A DNA stretch of 53,294 nucleotides, counting the filler, from Trypethelium eluteriae (taxonomy: Eukaryota), in assembly GCA_051942245.1 (NCBI GenBank). It is 2 parts of 2 records of this genome, joined end to end, with 100 filler letters (N's around TTAATTAATTAA, not from the genome) between each part and the next. Parts side by side here need not be neighbours in the genome. Positions count along the whole stretch, not along the records: positions 1 to 26,608 come from JAVECL010000348.1; 1 more part is not named here. One strand, given 5' to 3'. Of this stretch, positions 1 to 13,000 are shown one piece after another. Made by a program: the position numbers and the translations under genes. Every line of letters starts with the position of its first letter. The first letter of the stretch is position 1. The notes under the pieces were generated by a model. The model saw only the letters and a program-made list of their open reading frames with translations. It searched no databases and was not told the origin of the DNA.

Positions 1-546
1 GTCCGGCTGGTAAGCTTCAGCTTTCCCCATAGACGCCATCAAGAACCTCGCTATCTCTGGGGGCCAATTCCATATGCTCACCGACACGCTTACAGAAGTC
101 GAGTGTCTGCGTGCCTGAAGCTTACGGACGATTTCTAGTGACCAGCTTCCTGTAACAAGGTCTATCACGCGAGTCCCGAGCTACAGCGTACGTAACCCAT
201 GAAGGATCCAACATCGTACCGAGCAGGTACTTAGGCAGCACACTGCCGAATTTAGGCACTCAATAAGGTAATGCGGACTTCAAGCTCGCGTTTCACTTTG
301 CAGTTCCTTTTGTGCGCAGCAACATCTACTTCAATCCAAGCTTTCCCAAAAGCTTTTGCACCGCTTTGTGACTGCATGGCGATTTAGGGCGGATTTGAGG
401 CATTGGCACAGCTCTTGAACACCGGTATACCTAGAATTTCCTACATCTCATCGTGTCGTGCATTCTTAATAGCTCTTAACTGCAGAAGAACGTCCTCGAA
501 TTTTGAAACCCAACGTTCAAGAATAACCCACTAGCTTTGGAACACC

Positions 547-2403
547 ATGGTCGACGACGAAGTATTCACCCTCGTCGGTGGTGGCGCTGGCCACAACAGG
601 CTCTTTGATGAGTACGAGAACTTGACGTCGGCGAAAATGGCGGATCTCGATATTCAGATCACATCCTACCTGCGGTCTCAGAATCCTGAACTGATTGTGA
701 CTACTGTTCCTTCCTATAATGTCGGCTTGCTCCCATTCGCCTATGCTGGACACGCTACGGCCGAGCTAGATACCAAGACGGAGTCAATTGCCCGCTGGCG
801 TGGATACAATCCGCCTCTTGCTCGTGGGGGAGCCGGGGGTGGAGGTTCTGGCCAACTTGCTGAAGCAATCTTCTTTGCCAAATACCATTACAGATGGAAC
901 GAGGAAGATTTCATCTTGTACACCATCGGGAGTGGGGTCAACCAAATCCAATACATTCTCAAAGAGCCACGCCATGGCGAAAACCAGCTTTCGCATTCTG
1001 CAATTACTGATTCCTTGGTCAGGGCTGCTGGTACCTGGCAATATGATATCAAAGGCATTTGGGTATATGATAGATTCTGGAGATTGGATCCGCAGTTATA
1101 TGAACAGGTCAAAGATGCATCCTGGGACAACGTCATTCTGGATCCAAGCATGAAAAAGGATCTGACGGACGTCAGCCAAAATTTCTTCGATAGCAAGGAT
1201 GTCTATGATGATTTGGGCGTACCTTGGAAGCGAGGACTGATATTCTATGGCCCGGCAGGAAATGGAAAGACGATCTCCATCAAGGCTTTGATGCATACCC
1301 TGTCGACGCACAACCCACCCATTCCAACCTTATATGTCAAATCAGCTCCGACTACTTTTGATGTCCGAAACGTATTTGTGAAAGCCAGGCAGTTGGCACC
1401 GTGTATGCTTATCTTAGAGGATATCGACACAATTGTTACGCCAGTCACCCGGAGTTACTTCTTCAACGAGGTAGATGGGCTGGAAAAGAATGATGGTATT
1501 CTCATGGTAGCTTCTACCAACCACAGTAAGCCGCTATCCATCAATAAGAGCAGTCCCCTATTCTAATCCCATGTCCCTGCAGTTGAGCGACTGGATCCTG
1601 GGCTTTCGAAACGTCCTAGCCGCTTCGATAGGAAGTACCTCTTCCCACTACCCTCCAAGTCCGAGCGCACCGAATATTGTGAATACTGGCGCCGCAAACT
1701 CAGACGCAAACCTTCCGTTATGTTTCCTTCTAAGCTTTGCCCAGCTATCGCAAGCATTACGCACGGATTCAGCTTCGCCTATATCCAAGAAGCTTTTGTG
1801 GCTTCGCTCCTGCAAATAGCTCGAGGGCATACCGACTACGCTAACAAGCGGACTTGTGTAGTCTCAAGTGATAGTGAGACCGACGATCATGACGATAATG
1901 ATCTGGAGCAGTATGAGCTCTGGCGAGTAATCAAGCATCAAGTTAAGACCTTGAGAGACGACATGGACAAGAGTCCGTCCGAGTCTACTCATAGGCCCCC
2001 ACGGAGTAGGAGCATCCACCTACCCAGCGCGTGTCCTGAAGTAGGCAATGAAAGGATTCCTCAACGATACCACCATACCCATGCCTCTTCCCCGCCACCA
2101 CCCGGTATCGCGCCTCCTAACTCGGGCGATCTCGCAGCGGCGGCGGGCCTTACATCAACGGGTGATATGGGTATCAATCGTCAACCTCAGCTGGGATGGC
2201 TGGCTCAGCGTTTCGCCCCACCGCACATGCCGTCACAGGGCCACCCTGCACAGGTGGGTTCAAATATTGTCACTGGAACAGGAAATATGGAATCAAACGC
2301 GGAAGGCCATCCAGAGCCACCATTGCAAGGGCCGTACGGACCAGTACAGAAGCGCCCTTTCATGAATAGTGCAGCAACAGATTGGAGATGGGCTGGATAC
2401 TGA
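547..2403 (+). CDS. AAA+ ATPase (fungal ATPase family), 2 exons; intron 1526-1582
   Basis: Walker A GPAGNGKT and Walker B LILEDID. Splicing GTAAGC...CTAAT...CAG restores STNHIERLDPGLSKRPSRFDRKY (second region of homology) and joins the 1720-2403 frame. The start codon is uncertain. Confidence 0.85.
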
Positions 2404-4180
2404 AAACTGGTCTACGGCGGGTAGTATTATTAATACTGAATGAACTTAGCTTAGTTCTTCCGATGATGACATAATATTACATGTTGCATTTTTCTTTTGA
2501 AATATTCAGAGAGCTTGCGACTGTTGGCACTTTACATACAACCTAAATATGGAAAGTCCGGTCAGAAGAAGCTCAATTCTAGTACACAGTACTTACATAA
2601 GCTATACATATTTCAGTGAGGATTGTCGAAAATGAGAAAGAATCTGCATATCATTTCCCCGCTCTCGGCGCCCTTGTACTCGATATCAAATTCCGATTAG
2701 TTATGAGATACATATAGATATAGTACCCAGTGCGCTGGCGCAACCAGGAGCGGGACGAGGCGGCGCAGCCGACCTCGCTGCTGTTTCCCCCTCAAGGTAT
2801 CGGTAAACCACTCTGGGAGAGCTGTGTCCTAATAAATGGTTTCGCACAGTGATCCGGCACTGGGTAGGAAATTTCAGTGAGACTGCAAAAGTTTGTGATG
2901 TTGGCGTCAAACCGAAGTACGGTGACGGGCTTGAAGAGAATAAAATACGGAGGTATCTTACACGGCTGAATACATCTCGCTAATTGGTTGAATCGTGATA
3001 CTCATCTCAAACGTAGCTGGGGTTCTCCCCTTTGCCGAAGTAGCTCCGAGACGGCTTCAAAATCAAGCCACTCCTCCCAAACCCTTTTTTTCTTCTCTTC
3101 GTGCGGCGACATGCCTCGATATCCCGTGTTACTTAACCCCCGACTCCATGGGGATCGATCTTAAGTGTCAAGGCATGCCCAGACTAAATATATTGCACAA
3201 TCTCTTCGTTACCGTGTATGCGTGTCTACCTGATACTTCTGATGGTGGATGTGCCTGGTTGCGAAGAGAACATACTTGATAACGGAATGACGGCTCTTTC
3301 AGGTACGATCAGTAGTACTTCAGTAGTACTTAGTGCGTACTGAGACTTCTGCGCCCCGTTGGGGCTGACGGCTGCGATGGACTTCCGTATAGAAATTCCG
3401 TACATGGACGACGGAGTTGACAACACGGCTTGTTGGGAGTGAGACGTCAGAAATAGGGCGCCTCGCTATCTCTTCAGTCATTCAAAGTGCCTATCTTGGA
3501 TACTATCTTCTGCTAGCATTTGTCTCCCTCACCACACTGAGCATGATATGAAATATGAGTGTGCGGCAATATGTTCCATAACTACAAGGTGACTAGAGCT
3601 TCCTAGTCATAATCCGGTTGGCATTCCAAAGCATAGCGATAAAGCGTAGCGACGGGAAGCGCCTGACTTTGCCTTCTATTGCTGGAGCCATCGTCCAACG
3701 AGGTCTTTGGAATATTACTTGTCTCTTGCTTATGCCTTCTGTTCCACTAAATGTATTTTTAGTAGTTCATGGAAAGCTTACCCACACGACCCGAAGGTCC
3801 AGCTATGGAATGTCTCAAAGAGATAGAATGAACAGTACAAATGAATCAGCGAGAGTTAACCAATTTGTTCTGGTAGCCGGAGCACTCGTATGAGTAACGC
3901 AAATGCCTAAAGCATTCTGTTGCGGAATGAACATATGGTCAATCCACTAAATCTGGTAACAATTCTTGGGACAGTTGCCACTCTTTTCAGCTACTGAACG
4001 TCATGAAGGGGTGAAGCGAGATCTAATCAAACGATGGTGTTGATTATACAGCTACAGGACTAGCGAAAGAGAATATGCACAGTTATATCCAGACAATACA
4101 TGCCACCCTGTATCCTCATAGAAAATGCTTCTGCGACCCAATCCTCCATCCCCCTACCCATCAACACCTCCCAACCCTGT

Positions 4181-5199
4181 TCATGCAAAAGCCATACTCT
4201 TCTTGATTTCGGCAATAGCCAAGGCGGGATTTAGCCCCTTCGGGCACGTCCTTGAGCAATTCAGGATTGTGTGACACCGGTACAAGCTCATGCTGTTATT
4301 CAGCGCATCCTTCCTCTCCGCCGTCCTTTCGTCCCGACTATCGGCAATCCACCTATATGACTGCAATAGCACAGCAGGACCAAGGTATTCTTCTGAGTTC
4401 CACCAATAGCTAGGGCATGAGGTGCTGCAGCATGCGCAGAGAATGCATTCGTACAGTCCATCGAGCTTCTTGCGGTCGGTAGGAGATTGGCGGTTTTCAC
4501 GGCCGTCTGGAGAGGGCGTGTCTCGCTGGAGATAAGGCTTAATGGACTTGTATTGTTTGTAGAATTGGGTGAGGTCGGGAACGAGATCCTTGACAACATA
4601 GGTGTGTGGAAGGGGATAGATGCGAGCTTGGTGGCTGGTTTCAGTGGGGATCCGGCCTGGGGAAGCAATCAGTATACGGAGGTATTGTGGGATAGATAGA
4701 AGACGAGAGCACCTACACAGGCAGGCGAGAGTATTGACACCGTCAATATTCATTGCGCAACTACCACAAATGCCCTCTCTGCAACTCCGTCGGAATGTCA
4801 ATGTAGGATCGACCTCATTCTTAATCCGAATTAATGCATCCAGCATCATTGGTCCCGTCTTATTCAGATCCAATTGATAGCTTTGCATGCGTGGCTTCGA
4901 TGTTGGCTCATCTGGGTTCCATCGGTAAATGTGGAAGGTCTTCATCCTGGCATCTTTCTCATTGGCAGGCTCTTTGATGGTTGAGGTCTTGGACTCAGGT
5001 ACTGGTGGTCTGCTAGGAGACATTGCTTCTGCGGTTTGAGATATAGGTTCTACGGAAGCCATAGTACGTCTCCATACTGGTGAGATTTTGGATGCTACCG
5101 ACTCGTTAGTGGGGCCAAAGGAGTGGAATATCTGGCTTGCGATATCATACCTGTGAGTGGTCGGAAGAGCCTGGCAGGCGTGGTACGCAGAGCCGCCAT
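4181..5199 (-). CDS. SDH2: Succinate dehydrogenase iron-sulfur subunit; introns 5095-5150 and 4657-4716
   Basis: Motifs [29 protein letters not shown] and [15 protein letters not shown] at 5199 gives an Arg-rich presequence ([16 protein letters not shown]) after splicing. Removing the 60-nt intron gives LACLCRIP. Confidence 0.97.
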
Positions 5200-5504
5200 A
5201 TTGAAATTAAATCAGATCAACTTAGGTGGACGACACAAAAGGTGTGGAGTGGAGATTTTGTTGCAATGATGTAGTGGTGTTGAGAGGCAAAATGAAGTCT
5301 GCAATGTGATCTACATGATATGCGGCGATGGTCTTTGTGTTCAGCCGTATTTGAGACCGAGGCATTCCATCAGCCAATCAGAATTCGATTGATGACCATA
5401 TCGATAGTGAAGTCGGAAGTCCGAATCTCGGCGAATATTCCAACACATTCGCAGCTGTCCAGCATGATATGAAACTGACCTTGAGTTTTCCAAGATCACT
5501 TAGA

Positions 5505-6515
5505 ATGCGAAGACCAATATTCTTATTCTTGGACTGGGATGGCACCATAACGCATAATGACACTACCCATTTGATTGGCCGCGTAGGGTCCAATCATCAA
5601 AGACAAGTGAGGACAACATTGAAAGACCCTTGGCACAATATCGTGCAAGCATACTCTAAAGACCTTGACCGACATCAAAGGACCTACAAGCCCGGCACAT
5701 CTCAGAGAAAATCAATTGCTGAGGAGCAGAAATGGCTCGAAAGTCTGTCCTTCATCGAAAGCCGCAGCATACAACGCGTAGAAGAGGCTGGGATCTTCAA
5801 GGGCGTGACCCAATCTGAGATGGAAGATGCAGGTGGTACGGCTGTAGAAGATGGCTCTCTTCATCTACGAAAAGGGTGGGACAGGCTCCTAGTCATGAAC
5901 GCAGGTTATCTAGCAAGCAAAAAACAAGTCGCTTTCCCAATCCTTTCGAAACACATCATCTCCGTTAGCTGGAGCGAGTCTTTCATACAAGGCGCTCTAC
6001 AGTATGCTGCTCAGCACCCCAACGCATCACAAGCTTCTTCTGGATGCGATTCTCGGCTTATGCAATCGGCATTGACCCAATTAGCAATCTCCGCCAACGA
6101 ACTAGATGGCATTGAGAATGCTGCAGGAAGTACAGGGCTAATGAGTAGGGTATACGAGCTAAATATCAGGACCAGTAAGGACAAACTGCAAACCATGGAA
6201 TACAAACTTCGCCAAGACCTTGGCTTCGAGATAGACTCTACAGAGCCTTACTGCATCTATGTGGGAGACTCGGCGACGGATCTCGAATGCTTACTTGCTG
6301 CAAACGTTGGAATTTGCGTAAGAGATGAACCAATGCAAAATGGACAAAAGGATCTTGCAGAAACGTTGGCGCGACTCGGCGTGAATGTAGGGCATACCAC
6401 TGAATTTGACGGTCTAGGAGGAGAGCGGGAGATGCAGAATAGGGTGTATTGGGCTCGTGACCTTGAAGAAGTTAGGAAAATGGTACGGGAAATGTTTAAA
6501 GCTTTAGATAATTAG
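5505..6515 (+). CDS. HAD-superfamily hydrolase (Cto1/YCR015C-like)
   Basis: Motif I LDWDGTIT and motif IV YVGDSATDLECLL. Single ORF; alternative ATG at 5469. Divergent from SDH2. Confidence 0.8.
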   Translation: MRRPIFLFLDWDGTITHNDTTHLIGRVGSNHQRQVRTTLKDPWHNIVQAYSKDLDRHQRTYKPGTSQRKSIAEEQKWLESLSFIESRSIQRVEEAGIFKGVTQSEMEDAGGTAVEDGSLHLRKGWDRLLVMNAGYLASKKQVAFPILSKHIISVSWSESFIQGALQYAAQHPNASQASSGCDSRLMQSALTQLAISANELDGIENAAGSTGLMSRVYELNIRTSKDKLQTMEYKLRQDLGFEIDSTEPYCIYVGDSATDLECLLAANVGICVRDEPMQNGQKDLAETLARLGVNVGHTTEFDGLGGEREMQNRVYWARDLEEVRKMVREMFKALDN

Positions 6516-7061
6516 CAAATTCCGAGTTGGATTATCCGACACGACGTTTCATACGATAGTGGTGAAAACATGACTGACCCAAACATCAGACTGCGGCATT
6601 GCAAACACACACATTGAATTGTTTAGATCTTGCAAACAGAGAATAAGGCAAGCTGCTTGCTTTCTCTAGCTCACATGACTGGTTCACGAATACGGGGAGC
6701 AGCCACATTGATCGACAGAGTACGAGGACCCACAAGGCTTGAGGCTCGCCAGCTCCGCTGATGTTTGAATTCCTCCGATTGGCTACAGCCCCACATCAGT
6801 CCCTGTCCGCTAAACGCAGGTCCTGGCGAACGCTGGTGGGGGTGATCTCTAAAGGCAGGACTTGGAGATGATGCTGGCTATTAAAAGGAATGTGATGGTG
6901 AAGAGTTTTCTGTTGAGTTTCTCATTCCGATTCCCTTCCTCAACAGCACATCCAGGACCTTTAGAATAGCAATAGCCTATCAAGCAGCCTTTGATCTCAA
7001 TTGAACATCAACGAAAGAAGACCCGCTTTCCCCTCAATACAGATCTACCCGCTGCGACACC

Positions 7062-8617
7062 ATGTCGCCCATTGCCCTCTCCGAAGATGACCATTCCAAT
7101 ACCACGACTGCCGGTACCAAACGCCAACGCCCTTCCGATGCCCACCCCGACTCCTCGTCTCGCTTCCACGCCACCTCCTCGCAGCAATCCATCTCCCTTG
7201 AAGCCTCTCACGCCGCGCATAATTACCATCCACTTCCCATAGTCTTCGCACGAGCCTCCGGTTGCACCGTCTGGGATCCAGAAGGTCGATCGTACCTGGA
7301 CTTCCTGTCGGCGTACAGCGCGGTAAACCAAGGCCACTGCCACCCAGAGCTCGTCAAGGTGCTCACGGAGCAGGCGTCGCGACTGACGCTGAGCAGCCGT
7401 GCCTTTTACAACGATGTGTTCCCGCGGTTTGCGGAGTTTGTGACGGCGTACTTTGGGTTCGAGATGGTGCTGCCGATGAATACGGGGGCGGAGGCGGTAG
7501 AGACGGCGGTCAAGGTGGCGAGGAAGTGGGGGTACAAGAGGAAGGGGATTCCGGAGGGGGAGGCGATGGTGTTTAGTGTGAAAGAGAATTTTCATGGGAG
7601 GACGGTAAGGACAGAGCTGGAGAGGGAAGGAGCGAGAAATTGTGGCTGATGGTGAAAGTGTAGTTTGCCGCAATTTCGATGTCGACGGATCTCGAGTCGA
7701 GAGATAACTACGGTCCCTACCTGCCGAACCTTGGCAGTGTATGCCCAGCAACAAAGCAGGTGTTGCATTACAACAGTGTGGACGATATTCGTAAGGCGTT
7801 GGAGGCTCATGGTCCAAAGACGGCAGCGATTTTGATCGAACCCATCCAAGGCGAAGCTGGTATTGTCGTACCCGATGACACTTACCTTCGTGACGTCAAA
7901 GCTCTGTGCGAACAGCACAATGTGCTATTGATCTGCGATGAGATCCAAACAGGTATTGCCAGAACAGGCAAGCTCCTCTGTCACGAGTGGAGCGGTATCA
8001 AGCCCGATCTGGTACTTCTGGGGAAGGCCATCTCCGGTGGCATGTATCCCGTGTCCTGCGTCCTGGGCTCCAAAGACGTGATGCTCACCATCGAGCCCGG
8101 CACCCATGGATCCACGTATGGTGGCAATCCGCTGGGCTCCGCTATCGCAATTCGCGCACTCGAGCTCGTCCGAGAACAGAACATGGTTGCAAATGCAGAG
8201 CGATTGGGTCAGCTCTTCCGTCAAGGACTGAGAGATCTGAAGCACCCCATGATCAAGCTTGTGCGCGGGAAAGGACTGCTTAACGCTATCGTCATCGACG
8301 AATCCCAAACTAATGGCCACAGCGCATGGGATCTGTGCATGCTGATGAAGGAGAAGGGGTTGTTGGTAGGACGCGCGCTGAAGATTGCCCATGTCAAAGA
8401 GAATCTCACTGATACTAATGGTGGGGAGCAGGCTAAACCGACGCATCAGAATATTATCCGATTGGCGCCGCCGTTGGTGATAACGGAGGCTCAGATCCGG
8501 CAGGCGCTGGATATCGTCAAGCAGGCAATGGAAGAGTTGCCTGCCTTGAAGGGGAAGAAAGAGGAGCAAATCATCCCTCCTGGAGAGAAGAATGTGCATA
8601 TCGCACTGGATAATTGA
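7062..8617 (+). CDS. CAR2: Ornithine aminotransferase (class III PLP enzyme); introns 7605-7663 and 8366-8431
   Basis: [58 protein letters not shown] (PLP lysine), HGSTYGGNP. Confidence 0.96.
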
Positions 8618-10066
8618 CAGTGCTGTTGAGCCTTTTGGGGGGAGTGCTGATAAGAATCGAGGCATACCGCAAACCTGGAGAGGGTGGCTTTTCGAAAGGT
8701 CAGAAAATTACAACGATATCCGCCCATTTGGAGCACAGCCATAGCATATCAATTATTTCCTTTCAGAAGCTATGCACTTTCTCTACCTTTTCTTCTCCTT
8801 TTTCCTTCGCTCACATGCCCGTAATGTCTATGTGTTAGTAGTTTCTGCTACCTCCTTCGAATCATACCCCGGAGTATTGCTGTACGGTTAGGTTACTTGT
8901 GCGACGTAAGTCAAGTAACAAGGGCGCCTATGAAATACCGTGAGCCACGCCCAACTGGATTCATATACTCGCCAACAAACTATCTTACTGGTATGTTTGC
9001 CTTCCGGCTGCTTGCCTTACGGGAAAGCGCGTTTCTCTGTAACCCGAAGACCAGTGACCGAATAGGCTTGGGTCCAATTCGTCCTATCCCAAGTACTTAC
9101 GCATCTCATGATGTCTACAGGATCAAACCTAGAGCCGATCCCAGCGAGGAAAAGGAAATAGAAATAGCCCGTTACAGGCGAAAGCGAACACGGAGTGCCT
9201 GATGGCGTCGGTATAACATGCTTCGAAATCTCCGTCGGGCAAGATGCGGGTCCGTAGATGAATGCGACAAAGCCTTGCTGAATAATCCATTTTACAGGAA
9301 TCGGGTCCGAGGACAGCTCTTTTTACGGAGTACCATGATTACCTTAGACTTTCGGTGAAGTTGGAACAAGCATTTTCTAAAAACCGATGACTATAGTCTA
9401 AAAGCCGTGCTTACCTACACCGTATCGATGTGATCGGAGGGGTGACCTTCCGAATGCAGCTCACCCCACTTCTCCGAGGCAATCGAACTAGAATCGTCAT
9501 TGAAAATTGCCCTCCATATCACCGGGAAAACGGCATCAAGGTTGGGGAAGCCGATGGCGCTAATGCCAGGAGACCAGAGCAAATTAATGTCCATGTCGGA
9601 TTGCGCTGTAGGATGGCGAAGCGCTCGTTCTGCCGTGCTAGAATCGCAAAGCCAATCAAAAAAATGACATCGCATCGAAAAATGTGAGAACATCAGCAGT
9701 GGCAAGACCTTTCGGCGGAGTACAACATCGCAGATTATTGGCGGAGTGGGGCAAACCCGACAACGGCAATCCTTACGTAGGTTGAATCTTACTGCTCGTC
9801 CTGCAGACGTGACAACTTCAACCAATGGTCGCGACGGCAGCTGGTGATCGACTTACCAAGTGCGGGTGTAAACGGCATTCGGGGACGTTAAGCACCGGGC
9901 TTAGTGGCAGATGGATGATGCACACCAGCCGATGACCACTGCGGTGCCTAGTACACTCATAGAAGAATGTGAATTCCCGGGCCTGTCTCGAAATGTACCC
10001 ATTACTCCTTCCCGTTCAACATCCTTCTCTTACCCTTCTTTCCCTTGGTGAACTGCGTAGACTGAA

Positions 10067-13000
10067 ATGTCTACGCCGGGCGAAGAGAAAGAATGGCAAG
10101 CGAACGATCAGATTGGAGCTGCCAATAGCACAAATCATGCCGAACCTGTCGCTACAGAGCCATTGCAGAGGGTGGGCACGGAGAAAGAGCTGAACGCAGA
10201 GACGCAGTTGGACTCGGAAGCGAAGCACCCTAACAAGCAAATCAGAAGTACCATATCCCGATCGCGAACAGGCGGTACGGAGATCACCGAGTACGGCTCA
10301 GACACCCAAAGCGAGAAAACGGAGCCGGAAAAGAGAAGCTGGGGAGAGCGGTTGAATCCTCTTAAGACCAAGTACAAACCTCCGGTTCCGAAGGAGAGAC
10401 TGCCTTCGAGAGAGCAAAATGCGAACATTCTCAGCATTCTCACATTCCAGTGGATATCACCCTTGATGCGGGTAAACATCCCAGAGCTTGGCAGCCATAT
10501 ACAATGACTGACTGTTTCCCAGATTGGATATCAACGGCCATTGGAACCCAACGATATATGGCTTGTTAATCCAGACCGCAGTGTTGACGTCCTTGCCGCA
10601 AAACTCTCCGCATCTTTCGACAAACGGGTAGAACGAGGCGCTAAAAGACCTCTCGTTGGTGCGCTTTATGAAACTTTCAAGTTTGAATTTGTACTTGGAG
10701 GCTGCTGTCAGCTCCTTTCAAGCATCGTGCAGGTCGTCTCGCCATTTACATTGAAGTACTTGATCAAGTTTGCTCAAGAAGCATGGAATGCGCAGCATTC
10801 CGGAACCCCAGCACCATCGCTCGGTCGAGGTCTGGGATTGGTTTTCGCAATATGGATTATGCAGATAATACAAAGTACCTGCACAAACCAATTTCTTTAC
10901 CGCGGTATGGTGAATGGAGGACAAGCGCGATCGGTTATGATAACAGTCATATTTGACAAGGCCATGAAGCTTTCAGGGAGAGCCAAAGCAGGAGGCAAAG
11001 CACTGGAAGAACCACCACAAGATATCAAGCCCGACAGTGAAGAGGAGCGAAAATGGTACAAGAAAATGCTTGGGAAAGATCCGAAGAAGAAGAAAGGACA
11101 GCCTGACATAGCAAAGGGCGTATCCGGAGATGGCCGAGGTTGGGGTAATGGCAGGATAATTAACTTAATGTCAACGGATACGTACCGCATCGATCAAGCC
11201 TCGGGCATGTTCCATATGATCTGGACCTCACCTGTTGCCATTTTGCTCACATTGGCCTTGCTTCTCGTTAATTTGACGTACAGCGCACTTGCTGGCTTTG
11301 GTTTGTTGGTCATTTCGATGCCTATCCTAGGCCGGACGATCCGCAGCTTATTCAAACGTCGTATGCGCATCAATAAAGTGACCGACCAGCGAGTCAGTTT
11401 GACGCAAGAGATTCTGCAATCTGTGCGCTTCGTCAAGTACTTTGGCTGGGAGACGAGCTTTTTGGATCGCATCAAGAGGATTCGAGACCGAGAGATTCGT
11501 TCGATCCAGGTCTTGCTTGCTATCAGGAACGGGATCAATGCCGTCTCTATGTCTATGCCGATCTTCGCTTCCATGCTGTCTTTCATCACATACTCTCTTT
11601 CGCAGCATGTTCTGAACCCTGCGCCGATTTTCTCGTCACTTGCGCTTTTCAATTCGCTTCGATTGCCGCTCAACTTGCTTCCATTAGTCATCGGCCAGGT
11701 CATCGATGCCCTGTCCTCTGTCTCACGAATACAGGAATTCTTACTGGCCGAAGAAGCGTCAGATGATATCGAATGGGACATGGAGAACAAGAACGCGATT
11801 GTCGTTAAGAATGCTGATTTTACGTGGGAGAGAACCCCGACACAAGATCCTGACAAAGTGCCTGGCAAAGATCCGAGGAGCAAAAAAGAGCTAAAGGCTG
11901 CGAAAGAAGCGGAAAAGAAGGCTAGAAGAGAATCCAAGCTCTCATCAAAGAGGAACAGTGCCGGTACCGTGATGGGTGAAGGCGGTGAGAGTAGCAGCAG
12001 TACTCTTGCTGAAGAACAACAACAGGAACCATTCTCCATGAAAGGCATCGATTTTACTGTTGGTCGGAATGAGCTTATAGCAGTCATTGGCTCTGTTGGC
12101 TCGGGCAAGAGTTCTCTCTTAGCTGCACTTGCAGGTGACATGCGGAGGACTGGTGGTGGTCTCACTCTTGGTGCAACCAGAGCTTTCTGTCCCCAGTATG
12201 CTTGGATCCAAAACACGACCGCGAAAGCAAACATCATTTTCGGCCAGGAGTACAAGCGTCGCTGGTACGAACAAGTTGTTGAGGCTTGTGCCCTGAAGCC
12301 AGACTTCGAGATGCTTCCCAACGGCGACTTGACCGAGATTGGAGAGCGTGGTATTACCGTCTCTGGAGGTCAGAAACAACGACTCAACATCGCTCGAGCC
12401 ATCTACTTCAATGCAGATATCGTTCTGATGGATGACCCGCTGTCTGCAGTCGATGCGCATGTTGGTCGACACATCATGGATCATGCCATCTGTGGGCTCC
12501 TCAAAGACAAGTGCAGGATCCTAGCTACTCATCAACTCCATGTTTTGAATAGATGTGACAGGATTATTTGGATGCAAGATGGACACATCGCAACTGTGGA
12601 TACCTTTGATAATCTCATGGCAAACGACGAAGGTTTCCAAAAGCTCATGGCAAGTACGGCGGTTGAAGAAGAGAAAAAAGAGGAAGATGATGCAAACGAA
12701 GACGAGATCGAAGAAGAAAAGAAGGGCGCAAAAAAGAAGAAGGGTGGCAAGAAGCCTGCTGCTGCTTTGATGCAGGCTGAAGAAAGAGCTGTCAAGAGCG
12801 TCGGCTGGAACGTATACCTAGCATACGGGCGCGCTACAGGCTCTGTCATGGTTTTCCCCTTCATCTTTGCCCTCCTTATCCTCTCTCAAGGCTCGAACAT
12901 CAGCACAAGTCTATGGCTCTCGTGGTGGACAAGCAAGAAATTTGACTATTCCATGGGAACCTATGTAAGTTCGCTTGCTTTGCTGAATGGCCAACGACTA

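Noticed and set aside
11194..12321. 375-aa antisense ORF, and similar ones at 7008-7817, 7925-8665 and 14917-15537
   Set aside because: Shadow frames of well-supported genes on the opposite strand, with no recognisable motifs.
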